Assembly (NCBI RefSeq): GCF_009914755.1
Contig: NC_060943.1
DNA from: the human T2T-CHM13v2.0 reference genome, Homo sapiens
Direction: 5' to 3' (one strand)
DNA length: 64,000 bases
Numbering within the stretch: position 1 is the stretch's first letter; each line of letters begins with the position of its first letter. A model generated the notes under the pieces. The model worked only from the letters and a program-made list of their open reading frames with translations. It did no database searches and was not told where the DNA came from. Shown here piece by piece: positions 57,757 to 64,000 of this stretch. The position numbers and the translations under genes were made by a program.

Positions 57757-60115
57757 TGCCCTCTCTCCTCACTTCTATTTAACATAATATTGGAAGGCCT
57801 GACCAGAGCAATCACGCAAGAGAAAAGAAGAAAGGGTATCTAAATACAAAGAGAGGTCAAACCATCCCTGTTTGCAGATGTCATGATTCTATATCTAGAA
57901 AACTCCATAGTCTTCACCCGAAAGATCCTTAAGCTGGTAAACCACTTTAGCAAAGTTTCAGGATACAAAATCAATATGCAAAAATCACTAGAACTCCTAT
58001 ATGCCAACAACAGCGACAGGGACAAATCAAGAATGCAATTCCATTCAAATTTGCCATAAAAAGAATAAAACACCTAAAAATACAGCTAATCAGGGAGGTA
58101 AAAGATCGTTACAATGAGAATTACAAAACACTACTCAAGGAAACCAGAGATGACACAAAGAAATAGAAAAACATTCCATGCTCATAGATAAGAAAAACCA
58201 ATTATCATTAAGACAGCCATACTGCCCAAAGAAATTTAGATGCAAGGCTATTTGTCTCAAACTATGAATGACATTCTTCACAGAATTAGAAGAAATATTA
58301 TTTTAAAATTTAAATGGAACCAAAAAAATGCCAAATAACCGGGGCAATTCTAAGTGAAAAGAACAAAACTGGAGGCATCAAATTACCCAACTTCAAAATA
58401 TACTACAAGGCTACAGTAACCAAAACAGCATGGTATCGGTATGAAAAGAGACACACAGACCAATGGAACAGAATGGAAAGCCCTAAATAAGGCCACAAAC
58501 CTACAACCATCTGGTCTTCAACAAAGCTGACCAAACAAGCAATGGAAAAAGGACTCCCTATTCAAGAAATGGTGCTGGGAGAACTGGCTAGCCATATGCA
58601 GAAGATTGAAACTGGACCCCTTCTTTACACCATATACAAAAGATAGATTAAAGACTTAAAAGATTAAACCCAAAACTATAAACATCCTGGAAGACAACCT
58701 AGACAATACCATGTGGGACATAGGCATGAGAAAAATTTCATGATGAAGATGTCAAAGGCAATTAGGAGAAAAGCAAAAATTGACAAACAGAATCTAATTA
58801 AACTAAAGAGCTTCTGTACAGTGAAGGAAACTATCAAGAGAGTAAACAGACAGCCTAAGGAATGGGAGAAAATGTTCTCAAACTATGTATCTGAAGAAGG
58901 TCTAATATCCGAGCATTTATAAGAAATTTCAACAACTTCACGAGAAAGAAACAAACAAACCCATAAAAAAGTGGGTAAAGAGCTTGACACAGTGGCTCAT
59001 GCCTGTAATCCCAGCGCTTTGGGCAACCAAGGCTGGTGGATCACTTGAGCCCAGGAATTTGAGAACAGGCTGGGTAACATGGCAAAAACCCATCTCTACT
59101 AAAAATAGAAAAAAAAAATAGCCTAGCATGGAGACATGCACCTGTAGTCCCAGCTACTCAGGAGACTGAGCTTAGAAAAATCACCTGAGCCCCGGAGCCA
59201 GAGGTTACAGTGAGCCAAGATGGTGCCACATCACTCCAGCCTGAATGTCAGAGTGAGACCTGTTTTAAAACAACAACAAAAAAGTTGAGCAAAGGACACG
59301 AACAGACACTTTTCAAAAGTAAGGATACAGGTGGCCAAAAAACATATAAAAAAGCTCAATATCACTGAACATTAGAGAAATGCAAATCAAAACCACAGTG
59401 AGATACCATCTCACACCAGTCAGAATGGCTGTTATTAAAAAGTCAAAAAAGGACAGATGCTTCAAGGTTGTGGAGAAAAGGGAGAACTCACACATTGTTG
59501 GTGACAGTGTAAATTAGTTCACCCATTGTGGAAAGCAGTGTGGTGATTCCTCAAAGAGCTAACAATAGATCTACCATTCAACCCAGCAATCCCATCACTG
59601 GGTGTATACCCAGAAGAAAAGAAATCATTCTGCCATAAAGACATATGCACATGAATGTTCATTGCAACACTATGCACAATAGCGAAGACACAGAATGAAC
59701 CCAAATGCCAATCAATGACAGATCGGTTACAGAAAATGTGGTACATGTACACAATGAAATACTATGCAGTCCTAAAAAAGAATGATATTATGTCTTTTGC
59801 AGGAACATGGATGGAACTGGAGGCCATTATTCTTAGCAAACTAATGCAGGAACAGAAAACCAAATACTGCATGTTCTCACTTATCAGCGTGAACTAAATG
59901 AGGAGGCTCATGGACATCAAGAGGGAAACAACACACACTGGGGCCTCCTTGAGGGTGGAGGATGAAAGGTGGAAGAGGAGAAAAAAAATAACTTTTGAGT
60001 ACTACACTTAGTAACCAGGTGAAGAAATCATATACACCACAAATCCCATGACACGACTTTATCTGCATATGTACCCCGAACCTAAAATAAAATGAAAGAA
60101 AAATCAAATAAAAAC
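57757..60115 (+). mobile_element. 5'-truncated L1 (L1PREC2/old L1PA-like) immediately upstream of the LGALS13 promoter, with an Alu at 58981-59283
   Basis: ORF2 peptides in ORFs 58713..58922 and 59655..59897; 3'UTR and A tail; subfamily from recall of the cluster literature. Confidence 0.88.
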
Positions 60116-60828
60116 AACAATCTCACCTTCCTCCCAGAATCTGCAGGAGAAACAGTGTCTCTGAAACTTTTATTTACATGGACACCAAGAGAAAGGAGAG
60201 GGTGTAGCTAGAGCCCAGGTGTGTGACAGTCAGGTGAGAGTGGCCCTTACCTGGCAGAGCCAAGCAGCCTAGTGTGGAATAGGTTCATGCAAGAAATTTC
60301 TCTGCTTCTCTCCACAGATCCTCCTGAGGATCAAGGTCAGTGCTCTCCCAGAACGTTCAAAAGCAGAGAGAATCATTACCTTCTAGGGCTAATGTATTTC
60401 CCCAAAATCTCCAACTTTTTTCTTTTCAGCCGTTGTACAAATTGGGAAAATGTACACTTTCTGGGTATATTCTGCATAGATGAGAAAAGGCTTGAGAGGC
60501 ATAAAGGCTGGGCTTTACAACCACTACCGCTCACTCCATCATCTTTATCTATGCATTTCCCTGGTAACCCAATCCACAGCCTGGTAACTCCCCCACTGTC
60601 ACTTCTGCTGCATTACAGATACAGACCTGCAAATAGCTATGGTTGTGACTGAGTTTCTTCCTAACAACTAAACCTGTCTAAAGCTGCAAGGAAATCTTGC
60701 TGGGAGGAGCTTGGAATCTGGAATGAAGCCAGAGGGCAAGGCTGAAGTGGGTCATTTAAATGCTGCAACTCAGAGATTCACTCAGAAGACTGGACTCAAT
60801 TCTGAAGGTCGCCAAGAAGGAGAGAACA
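60115..60828 (+). promoter_or_regulatory. LGALS13 proximal promoter/5'UTR: ERRE TCAAGGTCA 60331-60339, TEAD/MCAT-type GGAATG 60720-60725, AP-2-like GCCAGAGGGC 60728-60737, TATA-like TTTAAA 60755-60760
   Basis: Motifs read directly; the block is homologous to the regions upstream of exon 1 in copies C and D and the orphan exon 1. Confidence 0.75.
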
Positions 60829-60843
60829 ATGTCTTCTTTACCC
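60829..60843 (+). CDS. LGALS13: Galectin-13 (PP13) coding exon 1, MSSLP
   Basis: ATG TCT TCT TTA CCC followed by the GTGAGT donor; matches the known galectin-13 N-terminus; ~70 bp downstream of a TTTAAA TATA-like box. Confidence 0.96.
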
Positions 60844-61716
60844 GTGAGTTGAAAAGGCACAGCCTTCAAAAATTTCGTGTCACACAAACCAAGAAAGAAA
60901 TGGGAGATTTTATGAGATGAAAATATGAGCATTTTTGCTGTGAATGCTTTACTTAGAGCTATTGAGGTGTGGAATAGAAACCCTGAGGCTATGGTATCTG
61001 AGATGCTTGTGGGGATTGCGGTGTGGACCCTGGACCAGTGTAACCTTCGGTGAGTGTGAGGTGGTGTCTGATGAGCATAAACTCTGCGGAGATAATGTGA
61101 CTTTAAGTGGGAGGTGGATTACCCACCAGGACGAGCAGGTGTGTGAATGGAGAGTAAAGGGGTGAGTCGGCTTTGTTTCCTGTCTATGATGTGAGTATGT
61201 GTGTGAGCACAGCCAGACCAGTGCATGAGCATCGTTATGTGCACAGTGAGCAGGTGTGTGTGACGCAGTGAGTGGTGTGGCTCTGTGTGACTGTGAGTGT
61301 GTGTGCTGGGATGTGACTGTATGTTGAAGTGGGATCATGCATGTGGCTTTCTTCACATGTGAATGTTTCTCCCCACACAGCAGCACCTCTGATGTGAATC
61401 CCATGTGGCTTAACTGGTGGGGATCTTGGGGATTGTGAGTTACCAAGGACTTATTTCAGATCACTTGTGAGAGCAGAATGTATGATCAGTAGATGTCTCT
61501 TCCCAGTAAGAGTGGGGAAGAGGAATGCAGACTATGGGGGCGATGGTTCCTCAGGTGGGGTCTGCACAGAGTGACCACTGTCTCTTGCCTCCCAGGCTCA
61601 GCTTGCCTGTCCCTAGCCCATCCAGTTCTTCCCACTGTGTGACAGGAGGGTGTGCAGATACTGGTTTGTTAGGGAAGGACATTAGAGGCCGTGATTTCAG
61701 AGACTGAATCACACAA

Positions 61717-61817
61717 AATATCCACTGTAAGCTCTGTCTGAACTGAGACTAAACTTGTTCTACACCCATGAAAGAACAAGTTAAGTCTCAGTTCAGAAGG
61801 AGCTTACAGTGGATATT
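61717..61817. repeat. Inverted repeat in LGALS13 intron 1: 45-bp arms (61717-61761 / 61773-61817), 11-nt loop
   Basis: 42 of 45 positions are Watson-Crick complementary on direct comparison. Confidence 0.93.
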
Positions 61818-61829
61818 AATCAACCAAGC

Positions 61830-62120
61830 AGCTGGGTTCACTGGCTTATGGCTATAATCCCACCAATTTTGGAGGCAAAGATGAGAGGATAACGAGGCCA
61901 GAAGTTTGAGACCAGTCTGGGTATCAGAGTGAGACCCTTTCTTTAAAAAACTTTAAATATTTGACTGGCAGAGAGGCAGGTACCTTTCTTCCCAGCTATT
62001 CAAGAGGGAGCAGATGTGTGAGATTCACTGCAGCCCAGGAGTCTGAGGTTTCAGTGAACCATGATTGCATCCCTGCATGTCAGCCTGGGTGACAGAGCAA
62101 GAACCTATCTCAAAAGTACA
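61830..62120 (+). mobile_element. Old (AluJ-like) Alu in LGALS13 intron 1, at the same position as the Alu at 41437-41730 in copy C
   Basis: Diverged Alu with matching flanks (GTGGATATTAATCA... upstream) in both paralogs. Confidence 0.8.
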
Positions 62121-62861
62121 GAAAAATCATCTCATCTACTTGTAGTCGTCATAGAAATCAATCATTCCCTCCAGTTATGTCCCTGACCCACAAGCTTCAT
62201 TTGTGCAAGTACTGGGGCTGTGCTCTCAGTAGTGTGTGCCCCTTCTTGGAAGGATGTCCATGGCCCTTGATGATAGTGATGCATGTGCATCCCACACACA
62301 GGGGTTTCCTGTTCTTTCATCATTTCCCTCTCCCTTTCAACAAGTGTTGTTTCTCACTGGAGTGAATGTTTAAATTCTTACATTTACAAGTCTTGTTTTA
62401 ATTTTCAGAGTTGAAAATGAAGGCAGGTCAGTCTTTCAAGAGGACTCTCCTGTCCTGTTAGGTCACCCTAAGAGGCCCTACGCATGACAGGGATTAGGGT
62501 AACACTTTTACATGTATTAACTCCCTATTACGGAGAACATCCTACAAAGTAGAAATTCCTGATAATCCTCGTTGTCCTAGGGAAAATGAGGGAGAGTTCA
62601 AGTAGCAAATCTAAGACTGCACTGCTAGTAAAAGGCAGAATGAGGACTGGAATCCAGGCATCCTGGCTCCTGAACCCTTGCTCTAACTTATGGGTCCGCC
62701 ATATCTTCAGGAATATGGGGCCCTGAATGCGGTAGGGTTAAAGAGGAGAGTCCACAGAGTCTGCCCTTTCATCTCCAACCTCCTGCACCATGAGAATATG
62801 TTACAGGAGGGGAGACTGCACCTGACCCTGCACCTCTCACTTACTCTCAATACTCTGGCAG

Positions 62862-62938
62862 GTGCCATACAAACTGCCTGTGTCTTTGTCTGTTGGTTCC
62901 TGCGTGATAATCAAAGGGACACCAATCCACTCTTTTAT
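62862..62938 (+). CDS. LGALS13: Galectin-13 exon 2, [25 protein letters not shown](I)
   Basis: 77-nt exon between a CAG acceptor and a GTGAGT donor, in frame with exon 1; translation matches galectin-13. Confidence 0.96.
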
Positions 62939-63437
62939 GTGAGTACTCCATGGTCCAATGGAGGGGTTGGAGAAGAAGGGAGAATATTTGCGAAGATTTG
63001 ACCTTACATGTGGGTGATGTGGAAATGTCTAGTTGGCAGAATGGAGGCCCCATGCAGGTGCAGGTCTTGGAGACCCTCCAGCACCAGGCATGAGACCCAC
63101 AGCAACTGCATGTGGGCCAGCCATGGGGCCTACAGGAGGAGAACACTCAGTGGGTTGGGGCTGTGGCTCTTTATCAGGGGGCATAGAATTTTCGGGAATG
63201 AACAAGTCATAGGCCCAGGTCAGTGACTGTGGCTCAGTTTTCATCTGGGGATGAGGAGCACAGAATCTCCCTGCCTGGGGGCATGAGGAGCTGAAGCATC
63301 CCCACAGGGACCTGGCCATCAGTATTATCTGGGAGACTTTTTCCCTAGGTAAATGGGGGAAGGGATTTGTGTGTGTGTCGAGTGTGTGTCTGCGCAAGGG
63401 AGGGACCTGCCCAACATTCTGCGTGCTTCACCCTCAG

Positions 63438-63648
63438 CAATGACCCACAGCTGCAGGTGGATTTCTACACTGACATGGATGAGGATTCAGATATTGCCTT
63501 CCGTTTCCGAGTGCACTTTGGCAATCATGTGGTCATGAACAGGCGTGAGTTTGGGATATGGATGTTGGAGGAGACAACAGACTACGTGCCCTTTGAGGAT
63601 GGCAAACAATTTGAGCTGTGCATCTACGTACATTACAATGAGTATGAG
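63438..63648 (+). CDS. LGALS13: Galectin-13 exon 3 (CRD core), [70 protein letters not shown]; exon 4 lies outside the window
   Basis: 211-nt open exon with AG/GT boundaries, contained in ORF 63367..63717; R53/R55/H57/N65/W72/E75 pattern characteristic of galectin-13. Confidence 0.97.
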
Positions 63649-64000
63649 GTGAGCATCCCAGGAGCTCCCAGCACCCAGGCTCTGTGGGCTCCCAAAACAG
63701 GAGGCAGCTCTCATTGATCTGGCCTCAGTAGTCCGTCAGGGTCCATTTCCCATAACTACTCCTGCCCCTGGTTTTCATCACAGAGCACCCCCTGCTTGCA
63801 CTGCCATCCTCAGCTCTTTCCCAAATCTGACCAATGTCAAGGTCAGCTCACCTGACATTTCCCCCAAAGTAGATAATCTCCTCTGTCTTTTCACATACTG
63901 CTCATTTCTACTTATGCCATTATTTAAATTTTCATTTAGCTGAGTGAATACAATATACTTCAGGAAAAAAAAGTTTAAAAAAAAAAGGTTGTTTTAATCA

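Noticed and set aside
62395-62545. LGALS13 intron 1 segment differing from copy C, with short inverted motifs (ATTTTCA-GAGT-TGAAAAT)
   Set aside because: Stems of 7 bp or less are expected by chance; no coherent structure could be supported
63367-63717. 116-aa ORF as a single-exon gene
   Set aside because: It is LGALS13 exon 3 plus open flanking intron sequence

Overview
Primate (almost certainly human) genomic DNA at the proximal edge of the chr19q13.2 placental galectin cluster. The only clearly functional gene is LGALS13 (galectin-13/PP13, + strand): exons 1-3 lie at 60829-63648 and exon 4 is beyond the window end. Upstream are the remains of about four paralogous galectin units. Copy A (+) has exons 3-4 only (11.4-13.7 kb). 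An orphan promoter and exon 1 (+) sit at 18.35 kb. Copy B (-) has exons 3-4 (27.2-29.1 kb) and was probably separated from that exon 1 by an inversion. Copy C (+) has all four exons, with a CGA>TGA stop at codon 55 (40.4-45.7 kb). Copy D (+) has exon 1 and exon 4, with exons 2-3 replaced by an internal L1 fragment (52.4-54.2 kb). Three RPS29 processed-pseudogene copies sit in the duplicated units. The first 11 kb is Alu-dense with MaLR/ERV1 LTRs; the rest is L1-rich. The most notable unexplained structures are a potential in-frame two-exon 67-aa mini-gene in copy D, a 101-nt hairpin in LGALS13 intron 1 that is absent from copy C, a ~0.5 kb tandem duplication carrying IRF and NF-kB-like motifs, an ERRE conserved in intron 3 of four copies, and several template-switch scars. 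Repeat subfamily names and literature points are from recall, not database searches. Repeat boundaries are approximate.
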